Below are positions 1 to 10,020 of a stretch of DNA of 64,000 nt, in pieces (position 1 is the first letter of the stretch; the number at the start of each line of letters is the position of its first letter). Origin of the DNA: a virus; the IMG/VR virus record IMGVR_UViG_3300033388_003553, positions 7,434 through 71,433 of that record; one strand, written 5' to 3'. A model generated the notes under the pieces. The model was not told the origin of the DNA and did no database searches. It was given only the letters and a program-made list of their open reading frames with translations. The translations under genes and the position numbers were made by a program.

Positions 1-4
1 AACG

Positions 5-253
5 GTGGGTGGTTTGAAGGAGTTTTTAAACAAACATAAGCTACCTGATACTGCAAAAGTTGTAGTGCAAAGAGTAGAAGATGTTTACTATGATAAACAC
101 AATTGGGGTGTTTATTTAAAGGAAGGTGAACACACATTTAAAGATGATGACGGAAATATTGTAAAAAGCAGTATGGAACAATACCACCCAGCGTGGTGCT
201 GTGTAAAATACAATGATGAAGATGATGTACTATTTATTGACTTACATTATTAG
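5..253 (+). CDS. Hypothetical cassette protein (probably 5'-truncated by the window)
   Basis: ORF track; stop lies just before the first attC-like site. Confidence 0.6.
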   Translation: MGGLKEFLNKHKLPDTAKVVVQRVEDVYYDKHNWGVYLKEGEHTFKDDDGNIVKSSMEQYHPAWCCVKYNDEDDVLFIDLHY

Positions 254-347
254 TGCGTTGGCAAATGTTTTATAACGGTTTGGCTAAACTGCGTTTTAAT
301 GCTGTTTAGGCGGTGTTATGTGTATTTAAAAATTAGAAACAAATAAA

Positions 348-683
348 ATGACAGTAGAAGAATTAAATAGCTCAGAATCTAAGTATATAGACTTTAAAAT
401 TATAAAAGCAGAGTCCAATATGTTTTACAATGAATCAGTAGAACAGTATAGATGGCTTAAGAACAATACAGATACAGGTGAAATAAGTGCAAACATAGAA
501 TCTCTATATCATTACGAAGGGAACCCTTGGTTTTATGCTGTTTTAAAATTACAAGGTGAAGATGTTATTATAGGCCTTAATAGATGTTTTAGCCTAAATA
601 TTCACAAAAATATAGAAGTTGTTTTATATAAACATAAAGGCCTAGAAGTTGTAAGAAGTATAACAAATATTGCTCACTACTAA
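348..683 (+). CDS. Hypothetical cassette protein
   Basis: ORF exactly fills the GTT(315)...AAC(694) segment; A-rich translation start. Confidence 0.7.
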   Translation: MTVEELNSSESKYIDFKIIKAESNMFYNESVEQYRWLKNNTDTGEISANIESLYHYEGNPWFYAVLKLQGEDVIIGLNRCFSLNIHKNIEVVLYKHKGLEVVRSITNIAHY

Positions 684-771
684 TTACACATAACGCTCAG
701 GCTAAACGGTCGTTTTAATGCCGTTTTAGCCATTGTTAGGCTTATGTACGAAACGGATAAATAGTAAAAAG

Positions 772-957
772 ATGGAATACGAATATAGAAATAGAGATTG
801 GGAAATGTGGCTTGAAGGTACAGCAGACAATGAACCCAACAAAAAAGAAATAATTGAACACGCAAAAGGCAAAGGATATAAACTAAATGATATTGAAATT
901 TGGTTTGATAATATGCAAGGCTTTTGGAGGTTTAGTGCTGACTTAGTGAAGTATTAA
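772..957 (+). CDS. Hypothetical cassette protein (MEYEYRNRDW...)
   Basis: Fills GTT(735)...AAC(964); ATG 772 preferred over TTG 733. Confidence 0.65.
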   Translation: MEYEYRNRDWEMWLEGTADNEPNKKEIIEHAKGKGYKLNDIEIWFDNMQGFWRFSADLVKY

Positions 958-1155
958 GCCTAACGTATGTTGCCGATAATTGACCTTTCAAAAGTAAACA
1001 GAGTTGAAGTGATTGATGAAAACGGTAGAAGCTATGTGAATTGGAAACCAACCAATAAAACTTCTATTAGTATGCAAGACGATGGTAAAACGCTCAAAGT
1101 TTTTATAAGCAATTAACCATAACGAATTAGAATATGAATTTTAAAAATTACGTTT

Positions 1156-1338
1156 ATGAGTGATATAAGAAAATTAACAAAGGAACAATTACAAACTGAA
1201 GGAAATGTAATAGGCAAACAACTTAAAGAATGGAATGATATATTTGACTTACTTAGTATGGTTAGAAAATACGAGTTATCTGAATTAGAAGCCTATTGCA
1301 TTTTAAGTAACCGATATAAAGTAGAAGAACGTAAGTAA
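1156..1338 (+). CDS. Hypothetical protein located entirely inside an attC-like hairpin loop
   Basis: Flanked by arm AATATGAATTTTAAAAATTAC (from 1131) and its complement GTAATTTTTATTATTTATATT (from 1335). Confidence 0.65.
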   Translation: MSDIRKLTKEQLQTEGNVIGKQLKEWNDIFDLLSMVRKYELSELEAYCILSNRYKVEERK

Positions 1339-1422
1339 TTTTTATTATTTATATTTTTTGTTACCATTAACGTAGTGGCGTTTTAATGAATGGTAACGTT
1401 GAGGCTAAACACAGTAAATATT

Positions 1423-1617
1423 ATGAGAGAAGAAATAATTGAAATACTTAGAGAAAATTGGCATCATAGCTATAATGATTGTGCAGACGATTTATTGGGT
1501 TTAGGTATTGTTAGCAAAAGTGTTGCGAAACAATACGCTGAATTTTGTGTAATGTGTGACCGAGAAGGATTACCACTACTTGAATTAGATGACTACATTA
1601 AGCAATATTGTTGCTAA
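1423..1617 (+). CDS. Hypothetical cassette protein spanning the GTT junction
   Basis: Starts in the hairpin loop, reads through the right arm (DLLGLGIVSK); stop TAA is part of TAAC 1615-1618. Confidence 0.65.
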   Translation: MREEIIEILRENWHHSYNDCADDLLGLGIVSKSVAKQYAEFCVMCDREGLPLLELDDYIKQYCC

Positions 1618-1687
1618 CGGTTTGAATATGGTGTGTAGCCACCCTAAAAGAGCTACGAAGAATTAAATAATGATTTAAAAATTGAAT

Positions 1688-2011
1688 ATGAATACATTAA
1701 AATTACCTAAATGGCTATACACTATATTTGGTGTTATGCCTCGTTCTTCATCAGAAAATAAAGAAGCAAAGAGAATTAAATCTATGTTCATGATTTATTT
1801 TGACGGGTGCTACATGATAGACCCTGTTGAAGATACCTCAAACACCTTTGCAATGGGTATATGTAAGCTTGAATACAAAAATAACGAACTAACTGTACAC
1901 CTTAGAAGACCAGGTCTTTTAATTGGCAAAGGTGGTCGCATAATTGATGCACTATCTGAACATTTAGAGTGCAAAATAAAAATTGTTGAAGTTAATTTAA
2001 ATGAGGCATAA
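1688..2011 (+). CDS. KH-domain (type II, S3-like) RNA-binding protein in a cassette
   Basis: VHLRRPGLLIGKGGRIIDAL is a GxxG KH motif. Confidence 0.7.
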   Translation: MNTLKLPKWLYTIFGVMPRSSSENKEAKRIKSMFMIYFDGCYMIDPVEDTSNTFAMGICKLEYKNNELTVHLRRPGLLIGKGGRIIDALSEHLECKIKIVEVNLNEA

Positions 2012-2343
2012 CGGAATTGTGTAAGATTAGTATTAACGGATTAAAAATAAAAAAAGTAAATAATTATGGATAAATGTAAATGGAATGTAAAAATATTAAA
2101 CCACTATTTTAGATTGACTGTAGAAAATAGATTTATAATACTTGGATATAGGGGTGAAAATTGGAAAGAGTTAGTTAATATTAATTTTACACTTTGTTAG
2201 CACATCGTTTTAATGTTTGCTAACGGGCTTTGTGTAAACCGTCGTTTTAATGCGGTTTAAACGTTGTTACCCTTAGTGAAATGAAAAAGGGCGTGCCTGC
2301 CCAAGAAAGGCAAATTAAGAGTATTAATATAAAAAAAAAGATT

Positions 2344-2829
2344 ATGCCAAATCACGTATATCAAAAAATAAGAATAGATAATTGGAGTGAAGATAAAGCA
2401 CTTGAAAATCTTAAAGGGAAAATATTTAACGACAAAGGAGAGTTAGATTTCAATAAAATTATACCACAGCCAGACAACATATTTAATGGTGATTTAGGAG
2501 AAGAAGAAAGGCAAATGTGTATTGATAAAGGTATACCAAATTGGTTTGATTGGAATAGAGAGAACTGGAACACAAAATGGAATGCTTACTCTTTTGAGTT
2601 AAATCAGGATGATTCAAATACATTATCCTTTAATTTTCTAACCGCTTGGAATATTCCTGTACCAATAATGAATAAAATATTTGAGTTAGTAAGAGGTTCA
2701 GAAATACAATACTTAGCTATTGATGAGGGATTTCGTTTTGCAGAGAGTGTAAGAGTAGATGAAAAAGGGAACGAAACTCAAAAGGATTTAAAAGAATATT
2801 GTGACGAACTATTATTTGCAATGCTTTAA
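2344..2829 (+). CDS. DUF1281/YubB ferredoxin-like domain protein
   Basis: MPNH start, LDFNKIIP, WFDWNRENWNTKWNA, FLTAW motifs. Confidence 0.7.
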   Translation: MPNHVYQKIRIDNWSEDKALENLKGKIFNDKGELDFNKIIPQPDNIFNGDLGEEERQMCIDKGIPNWFDWNRENWNTKWNAYSFELNQDDSNTLSFNFLTAWNIPVPIMNKIFELVRGSEIQYLAIDEGFRFAESVRVDEKGNETQKDLKEYCDELLFAML

Positions 2830-3281
2830 CCGTATGAGTGGTCGCCCTTTTTTATTTTATTAAGGGTAACGGTTTGAATAAGGGGCGTTTTTAAATGCCC
2901 TTTATTTGTTGTTATATGCTTTTATTTTTGAGCGTTTGAAAAATATTTTTAAAATTTCTTTGTATTTTGTTTGTATATCAAAAGTATTGTAGTATCTTTA
3001 CACCAGAAACAAAAACAAATAGATATGAAACTTACAAAAGAACAACAAGAATTATTTAATACTTTAGTTAGATTAGGAGATTCAAAAGAATTGGCTTTAA
3101 GCACAGTGTTAAGCACTAAAACAGATAAAAACACAGATATTTATCAAACAGCTTACTATTCTTAGTAGGTTGTTAAGTCGTGCCTAAAAGGTCGGGAGCA
3201 GTTATTGTTTCACACCGAATAACATGGTGAAATGCCTAGCGGTCTGCGAAGTGTTATTGCGACTTAATAAATTAAGATTTC

Positions 3282-3674
3282 ATGAAAACAAAGATAAGAA
3301 CAAGTATATTAAACATCCCAAGTATAAAATGGTTGATGATAAAAACAATGCAAATTGATGGTTGCATTTATGTAACTCCATTAGAATTGTATAATTTATT
3401 AGGTTGCCACGGTGGTATGTTCCTAACTGGTAAAGCTAATGATGAAGAAATGAATTTTATTAATGATTTCTATAATCTTAAATCAAATTGGAAAAAACAG
3501 TTGAAAGAAAGTATTGAAGCAGACTTTAAAAAGTTTAAAGAACAGTTAGAAGAAACAATAGTAAGCGAGTTTAAACCTAAAGACGTTGGGGTAGGTGTTA
3601 TTCATTGCATAAGCTGTACTGAACAAGTTGAGAGCCTAGCTCATAAAATTATAAACTTACATGAGAAACTATGA
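3282..3674 (+). CDS. Hypothetical protein
   Basis: ORF track; inside the large cassette 2911-3813. Confidence 0.55.
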   Translation: MKTKIRTSILNIPSIKWLMIKTMQIDGCIYVTPLELYNLLGCHGGMFLTGKANDEEMNFINDFYNLKSNWKKQLKESIEADFKKFKEQLEETIVSEFKPKDVGVGVIHCISCTEQVESLAHKIINLHEKL

Positions 3675-3802
3675 AAATACCCTACCAAATAAGAATTGAC
3701 AATGACCTTTTAGACAAGGTTAAGAAGTCTGCAAAGGATAATGAGAGAAGTGTAAACGCTGAAATACGTTACTTGATTAAGTGTGCGTTGGATAAAAAAT
3801 AA
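3671..3802 (+). CDS. Arc-like ribbon-helix-helix DNA-binding protein (43 aa; not in ORF track)
   Basis: MKIPYQIRIDNDLLDKVKKSAKDNERSVNAEIRYLIKCALDKK; RSxNxEI Arc signature. Confidence 0.75.
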   Translation: MKIPYQIRIDNDLLDKVKKSAKDNERSVNAEIRYLIKCALDKK

Positions 3803-3863
3803 TTGCATATAACTGTATTGTGTATGAAAAGTAACGGATAAATTAACAATAAACTTAATAGAT

Positions 3864-4061
3864 ATGACTAAAATAAAAGTAGAATTACCAAAAGGATTTA
3901 TGAATGTAGGCGTGAGTTTAAGTAATGACTTAATAGCAAATACAAATGATAGTGCAAGATGGGATACTTTAAGGTTTCCATTGCCCAAGCCGACTTATAA
4001 ATGGCAGATACATTCTTACGAAGACGACAATAAAATAGTGAACTTAATTGATAAGCAATAA
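3864..4061 (+). CDS. Hypothetical protein inside an attC-like hairpin loop
   Basis: Arms GTGTATGAAAAGTAAC (3820-3835) / GTTATTTTTTATACAC (4065-4080). Confidence 0.65.
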   Translation: MTKIKVELPKGFMNVGVSLSNDLIANTNDSARWDTLRFPLPKPTYKWQIHSYEDDNKIVNLIDKQ

Positions 4062-4151
4062 GTAGTTATTTTTTATACACGTTGTTGGCATCATTGTTTT
4101 AATATGTGCCAACGTTGCGTGTTTTAAAAACTAACCACAATAAATAAAACA

Positions 4152-4382
4152 ATGACTAAAGACGAAATTAAGCATATAAATTGGATGTACAACAGATTGA
4201 CAAGTGTACATAAAGAAAACCCAAACACTGACTATATGATACGTTTTAAAGAAATAATTGATAAGCAATTAACTTTATGCGGTGTTGTGAGTACGTTTTT
4301 TTGCAAAGATGAGGATTTACAATATTCTTCTAAAAAATGTAAAGAACAATGTAGTGGCTGTAAGTGGATTGAAAACCTTTAG
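4152..4382 (+). CDS. Hypothetical cassette protein spanning the GTT junction
   Basis: QLTLCGVVST encodes the right arm and GTT 4284. Confidence 0.6.
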   Translation: MTKDEIKHINWMYNRLTSVHKENPNTDYMIRFKEIIDKQLTLCGVVSTFFCKDEDLQYSSKKCKEQCSGCKWIENL

Positions 4383-4632
4383 CAAAATAATTACTTACAA
4401 CGTTTTGTGTATGGCACGTTGCACTCACAGAAATTAATTAATAATAAATAAATTAGAAATAATGACAGAAGAAAATAAGAATACGGGAAATGGCAGAAAG
4501 ATAACTGGAAAGATGTTTACTTGTATAGTGATGAGTTTATGATTAGTGAATTTAAAAAAGCTAATTGTGGCTAACGGTTTGTGTATGATTAGTAGCTTGA
4601 ATTAAAAATAAAATTAACGAATAAAATATAAA

Positions 4633-4848
4633 ATGGAAAGACCTAACAGAAAAGACTATATTAACAAAGCTACAAAAATACAATTGATAGCAGACCAAGA
4701 AAGGTACATTGACTTTATAGAAAAGAAATTAAAAGCTATTAATTACACACCTTGTTGTACGGAGTTAAATGCTGATGATAAAAACAAGTATTTTATAAGT
4801 GGGTACAGACAAGGATATGGCGATGCAATGAAAGATAATAAAAAGTAA
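4633..4848 (+). CDS. Hypothetical cassette protein spanning the GTT junction
   Basis: AINYTPCCT encodes the right arm and GTT 4754. Confidence 0.6.
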   Translation: MERPNRKDYINKATKIQLIADQERYIDFIEKKLKAINYTPCCTELNADDKNKYFISGYRQGYGDAMKDNKK

Positions 4849-5351
4849 CATTTTATTACGTACAACTATTATATATCAACCAGTTAATTTAAAATACTGA
4901 TTATGAGCATTAAAGGGAAGGCAACTGTCGATAAATATATTAAAATATTGACAGTTAAAAATTATTAAAGATAAAATTTGATTATAATGAAAACAACAAA
5001 GAAAATAATAATAAGTATAGATATTGAAACTGAACAAGATATAGAGAAAGTATCAGCAGCAGTAAAAAAGGGGTTGTACTACGGATTAGATGTTAAGTGT
5101 GTAGCTGCCCCTAAAGATGTAAAGATTAATTACTGCCAAGAAAGGTAGTATTACACACAACGTTTAATGTATGGGCCGTATGAGGAACGAATACGGCCCA
5201 TACATGGTGTTATAAACAGTTTTTAAAATTATTAAATAAAAAGATATGATAAAATATATACAACAACATATAAACCACATTAAAACGATGGTTTATATTA
5301 AACGTTGTATATATGAAAATAAATTAGTATATTTGTAATTGTTTATAACAA

Positions 5352-5630
5352 ATGATATTACGCAGTGGTAAATATAAGGGTAAAAGCAAAGATTGGGTTG
5401 AAGATAATGACCCATCTTATTTGATTTGGGTTGAAGAATTTAGGCCAGAAATGTTAAAAGATAGGAAATATAATACTACCTCTGATAGTGAGGTAATACC
5501 AAACTACAGACCTAAACCTTTAACACCTAATATGAATTTTGACAACGAGAAATCCGAATACGACTCAACAAAAAATAAATTAAATAATAATATAGATAAT
5601 GATGAATCAGAACCCGAGTGGAACTTCTAA
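5352..5630 (+). CDS. Hypothetical protein with GKYKGK motif
   Basis: ORF track; TATATTTG promoter element just upstream. Confidence 0.55.
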   Translation: MILRSGKYKGKSKDWVEDNDPSYLIWVEEFRPEMLKDRKYNTTSDSEVIPNYRPKPLTPNMNFDNEKSEYDSTKNKLNNNIDNDESEPEWNF

Positions 5631-5634
5631 AACA

Positions 5635-6399
5635 ATGTACGATTGGTGCATTAATAGGGAATTAAAAATAGTTGGCCTTGAAGAATATAAGGATGTTGAA
5701 TTTGATTTCTACACCAAATACATTAGTGAGGAAGAATTTAACACATCAATAAATAACCTTAGAAAAGAGAAGGTATTTGAAAGAATTGAGATTAAAGAAG
5801 GTGAATTACACCTTAAATCCGATAAGTACCTAGAGTTAAGGATGTACACATTAGTGCCATATAATCTACTTGGTATTCAGATGGGTATCCAACATGAACA
5901 TTCAGTTGTTCAAAATGTCGTTAACAATGTAATCGAAAAAATTATTTCTGGTGAAGAAATGGATGAAAAATTTAAGCTTTGGGCAACAGAATGGAAAACT
6001 TCTATTTTATTAAATGGTGGTACTTCAAATGAGGGACACATGGTTAGACATGGGTTTAAAGATATTTGGTATGTTGGGAGTATGCAGCAGTATTTAGAAA
6101 AATTAGTTAATGCAGGAATAAATATTTCCACATTTTATGAACCAGACTTAAATTCAATGCTTACTGGAATCTCATTCATTGTTGATGAAAGAGTTTTTAA
6201 TAGAAAACTTTATAAAGACTTTGTACCAACCCCTTACAATTTTTTAGTTGATGGGATTAATGAGGAAACAGTTAGGTGTTGGGAAGAAAATAATAATATG
6301 AATAAGGCTATTTGGCTCGACAACATTGGTGGAGAAAAAAATGAATTCTTAAGGGAGTTGTTAAACCCTAAAGGACCACTTAAATTAGCTAGGGGATAA
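5635..6399 (+). CDS. Phage peptidyl-tRNA hydrolase 2 (PTH2)-like protein
   Basis: MY..V..NL..IQ.GIQ..H, W...KT.ILLNGG and FYEPDLN...T motifs. Confidence 0.55.
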   Translation: MYDWCINRELKIVGLEEYKDVEFDFYTKYISEEEFNTSINNLRKEKVFERIEIKEGELHLKSDKYLELRMYTLVPYNLLGIQMGIQHEHSVVQNVVNNVIEKIISGEEMDEKFKLWATEWKTSILLNGGTSNEGHMVRHGFKDIWYVGSMQQYLEKLVNAGINISTFYEPDLNSMLTGISFIVDERVFNRKLYKDFVPTPYNFLVDGINEETVRCWEENNNMNKAIWLDNIGGEKNEFLRELLNPKGPLKLARG

Positions 6400-7033
6400 C
6401 GTTGTTTAATTAAAATACATTCATGATATGAAAACGATACTAGATGATTTAATTAATGAACAACAATTAATACTTAAGTATTTAGACTATAATTATGAAA
6501 TTGTGAGGTATTCTAATAGTTTCGAAATAAAAGAAAAAATAGTGATAAAACCACTTACGGTATTGATATATTTAATGACATAAAAGTTTATTATGGGTTA
6601 GGGGTTAGAATAATTGATATAGTTTTTGATGCTTGGTTAGAATCATACGACTCAAATAAAAACACAGTTAATTGGTTTAACACATCCGAAAGAAACTATT
6701 TTGGTGAACCAATTACTGAAATTCTAACAATACAGCGAAGAACAATTGATAGCCCAATGCGATTAGAAATAACATATAGTGCTAATACATTACATAGGTG
6801 TTATTATGAATTAACTTATCGAAGACAAATTATTAATTCATTAATACATCAAATAGTTGATACAATAGGTTACACTGCTGGGAGTAAACTTTATGGGTTA
6901 AATCCATTTAACGAGGTAACTTGTGTGATGCGTGGGCTTGGTTTTGAAACACAGGAAATTAGTACACCTAGTTTAGGTAAAAGATTCGTTTGGTACCACA
7001 CTAGAAATAGACAAACAAGACAACAAATAGGTT

Positions 7034-7639
7034 ATGAGCAACATGAATATCACAGAAATAATATCTCTGAAAGGTACAATATATTTTGACGTACCAGATA
7101 AAACAAACAAACATAAATACCAGACCTCTTGGAAAAAAATGGCTATGGTCATGTTTAATGATGATGTTACAGAATATTATGCTTGGTTTATTAAAAAAAG
7201 ATTTGGTGTGGAACTTTCTAATCCGTTAAGGGGTGGTCACATTTCATTTATAAACGACTCTATAGATGAAATGACCAAACATTGTGATACTAAGTCTGAG
7301 AGAAAAGCATTATGGGAAAAAGTTAAAAAGAAATATCATAAAAAAAACATTACGGTTACATTAAGTTTAAAGCCACACATAGAGACACCACACTGGTGGT
7401 TCATTGTACCACACTCTGATAGAGGTGAGTTACAAGCAATAAGAGAAGAGTTGGGTTTTGTCAATAAAAAGACTGGATTGAGTAAACCATATTTTGGTAT
7501 GCACATGACAATTGGTTATGCTGTTAATAAGAAATCAGAGTTGAAAGCTGAAATGAATGTTCAAACAGCAAAGAAAATGAATTTAGCGCAAACAGACTAC
7601 ATTAAACGTTTAGTAGATAATGGTTATATAATATTTTAA
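7034..7639 (+). CDS. 2H-phosphoesterase-like protein
   Basis: Two HxS/T motifs (GHISF, MHMTIG). Confidence 0.5.
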   Translation: MSNMNITEIISLKGTIYFDVPDKTNKHKYQTSWKKMAMVMFNDDVTEYYAWFIKKRFGVELSNPLRGGHISFINDSIDEMTKHCDTKSERKALWEKVKKKYHKKNITVTLSLKPHIETPHWWFIVPHSDRGELQAIREELGFVNKKTGLSKPYFGMHMTIGYAVNKKSELKAEMNVQTAKKMNLAQTDYIKRLVDNGYIIF

Positions 7640-8021
7640 AAAAAAATCATAAAATTATTTGGTAAAAAGTATTTTTTTATTTATATTTGTGACACATTAA
7701 ACTTATTAAATTAACGTTTGCTGGATTCCCAGTTGAATTTAAAGTTGAAGGCGATGAAGTACTAGTTACTTGTAAAGGTAAGACAAACATTTATACTAAG
7801 GAACATTTAGAAAATTTGAGTAGAATAAGTAAATAAAATTATTCTGGGGTAAATCACCCTAGATTTATTGAAATTAATAAAGAAGAATTAAAAAAGGTTT
7901 TAGAAGAAAATAGTCTAAGAAAGACAGCAAAACATTTCAATGTAAGTGTGGGTTGTATTCAAAATAAGATTAAACTTTTTAACCTTTAATTATAAATTTA
8001 ACAGAAAGGAGCAAAGAAGAT

Positions 8022-9071
8022 ATTGGTGGTAGGGCATTAAAAAATACAATTACGAGACGTTACTCACGAGATGAATTTGATATTGTTTCGACTGAACTTA
8101 TTAAAGTTCTTAAAAAAACATTCAAAAAAGTTGAGGTCCCATTGTTTTTTCATAGTAAAGAAACATTCGGTGATATTGATATTATTTTATCAACGGAAGG
8201 TCATGAATTTGTTTCAGATAGTGACTATAATTTCATTAGGACATACATAGAAGAAACATTTAAACCTAATGAAATTTTTCATAATAATAATACTTATTCG
8301 TTTGACTATAAAGAAGTACAAGTTGATTTGATTTTTTGTTCTCCAGAAAATTATGATTCAAATCGACATTATTTAAGTTACAATGACCTTGGGAACTTTA
8401 TCGGCAGAATCACCCAAAGAATGGGGTTGAAATATGGTCAAGAAGGGTTATGGTATAACCACAATTTTAAAGGTCAGAAAATAGGTAAGGTGATGATTTC
8501 CAAAGATTACCCAAAAATTTTTGAATTTCTTGGTTTCGATTATAATAAGTGGTTAGAGGGTTTCAATACGTTAGAAGACATATTTGAATACGTAATAAAC
8601 AACCCGAAGTTTGATTCAAATATGTTTGAATTAAAATATTTGAACAAAATTAATCGTGAGCGTAACGCAAAGCGTAAATCTTACATGTCATTTCTTAACT
8701 ACATTCATGATAATTACCCTAATAAGGTATTTTTATATGAGTCAGATAAAACATATCTTGATAAAGCAAATAAGTTTTTTCCAGAAGCTAGAATGACTGA
8801 AGCTATTAGGAAATTAGAATATGAACATTGTGAAAAACTTTATATTAAATCTAAGTTTAGTGGGGGTGTTATAATGAGGAGATATGGTTTACGAGGTAAA
8901 ACACTTGGGATAGCCCTAAACGGATTTAAAAAATGGGTAGAAGAGACCTACCTAATTGATGATTTAGGTGATAGTGTTGGTGATTACAATAGTTGGGTAT
9001 TAGAAACCACTACTGATAAAATTTATTGGACATTTGAAACTTACTTTAAATCAAAATACTTTCAACCTTAA
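8022..9071 (+). CDS. Pol-beta-type nucleotidyltransferase domain protein
   Basis: KETFGDIDII and VQVDLI; frame is open upstream of TTG 8142 to GGRALK, preceded by ATT at 8022. Confidence 0.6.
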   Translation: MGGRALKNTITRRYSRDEFDIVSTELIKVLKKTFKKVEVPLFFHSKETFGDIDIILSTEGHEFVSDSDYNFIRTYIEETFKPNEIFHNNNTYSFDYKEVQVDLIFCSPENYDSNRHYLSYNDLGNFIGRITQRMGLKYGQEGLWYNHNFKGQKIGKVMISKDYPKIFEFLGFDYNKWLEGFNTLEDIFEYVINNPKFDSNMFELKYLNKINRERNAKRKSYMSFLNYIHDNYPNKVFLYESDKTYLDKANKFFPEARMTEAIRKLEYEHCEKLYIKSKFSGGVIMRRYGLRGKTLGIALNGFKKWVEETYLIDDLGDSVGDYNSWVLETTTDKIYWTFETYFKSKYFQP

Positions 9072-9106
9072 AACAGTAAAAATTTATAAATAAAAAAACA
9101 AAAATT

Positions 9107-9601
9107 ATGTTAAAAAGAAAAACAATATTAATGGTAATAATAACAATATGTTATTTATTTTTACCACAGACTAGTCAAGCTAAAGGTAGTTTTTTCATAT
9201 GTGACAATATATCCGTAGTTGATAGTAATAATTACGAAAATATATCTACAACCAATAGATTTAAAAGACCATATACAACCTATAAGGTATTTACTGCTGA
9301 AGACCCAGAAAATGTGAGTAGTATAACCACAAAAAAAGAAAGGTTAGTGTTTAGGATGGCTACAGATAGTTCCCATATTAGATTGGTTATTTATGATACT
9401 AAAAATAATGTAATAGATGACCGTAACTGGGAATTACACAAAGTCAACACATCAGACCACAGATGGACCGTATGTAGTGTTAGTAATGATGAAATATATT
9501 TTGACATAATATTTTTCAGTCAATTAGATAGTGAACAACTCGTTATATTTGATTATTTAAATGGTGCACATACCGAGATAACTGGTTCATTAGATTATTA
9601 A
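9107..9601 (+). CDS. Hypothetical secreted protein
   Basis: N-terminal signal peptide-like sequence ending SQA. Confidence 0.55.
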   Translation: MLKRKTILMVIITICYLFLPQTSQAKGSFFICDNISVVDSNNYENISTTNRFKRPYTTYKVFTAEDPENVSSITTKKERLVFRMATDSSHIRLVIYDTKNNVIDDRNWELHKVNTSDHRWTVCSVSNDEIYFDIIFFSQLDSEQLVIFDYLNGAHTEITGSLDY

Positions 9602-9943
9602 ATAACACTCTGGGTATACTTAGATTTTTAACGAATAAATAAAGATTATAATACAGATTGAAAAACAACACTTATTTAATTTAACGATGGATATGTTTAT
9701 GGAAAGCCCACATTTATCAAACCCAGTCGTTGCATCTACATTATTACCAAACAGATAGAGCGACTAAAAAACTACTATACACCCGTTGTTATACCTAGTT
9801 TGGGAGATGCTAGGATGGCAAAGAAAAATATATGGGTAAGAAAAATATTAGCGGATTAAACACTCACTTAACAGGTGTAGGGAACCATTTTCAAGATGGT
9901 GTAAATTGGGTGTTAAATAAAATCAAAAAAAAAACTCAATTAG

Positions 9944-10001
9944 ACATAACACACATTGTATGTTGAGTGAGGAACGAGTTACATCATACAAATTGTTATT
10001 A
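9944..10001 (+). repeat. Isolated attC-like site
   Basis: TAAC-ACACAT-TGTATG...GAGGAACGA...CATACA-AATT-GTT; same layout as the array sites. Confidence 0.65.
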
Positions 10002-10020
10002 ACTGATTAAATTTTATACA

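Larger units (their letters stand above)
263..5314 (+). mobile_element. Integron-like gene-cassette array 1 (15 YAAC junctions plus one inverted site); probably continues left of the window
   Basis: YAAC at 273, 691, 961, 1120, 1394, 1615, 2009, 2221, 2867, 3810, 4110, 4398, 4572, 4863, 5158. Sequence after each GTT is the reverse complement of the sequence before the next AAC, e.g. GTTATGTGTA 315-324 / TACACATAAC 685-694; GTTAGGCTTA 735-744 / TAAGCCTAAC 955-964; GTTACCCTTA 2266-2275 / TAAGGGTAAC 2861-2870. Confidence 0.85.

Noticed and set aside
263-5314. CRISPR array interpretation of the periodic repeats
   Set aside because: Repeats are not identical, spacing varies from about 30 to 900 nt, the intervals are genes, and there are no cas genes
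6428-7089. Programmed frameshift joining the ORF at 6428 to the frame of 6757-7089
   Set aside because: The shift falls in an A-run near 6530 with no stimulatory structure; mutation or sequencing error is more likely
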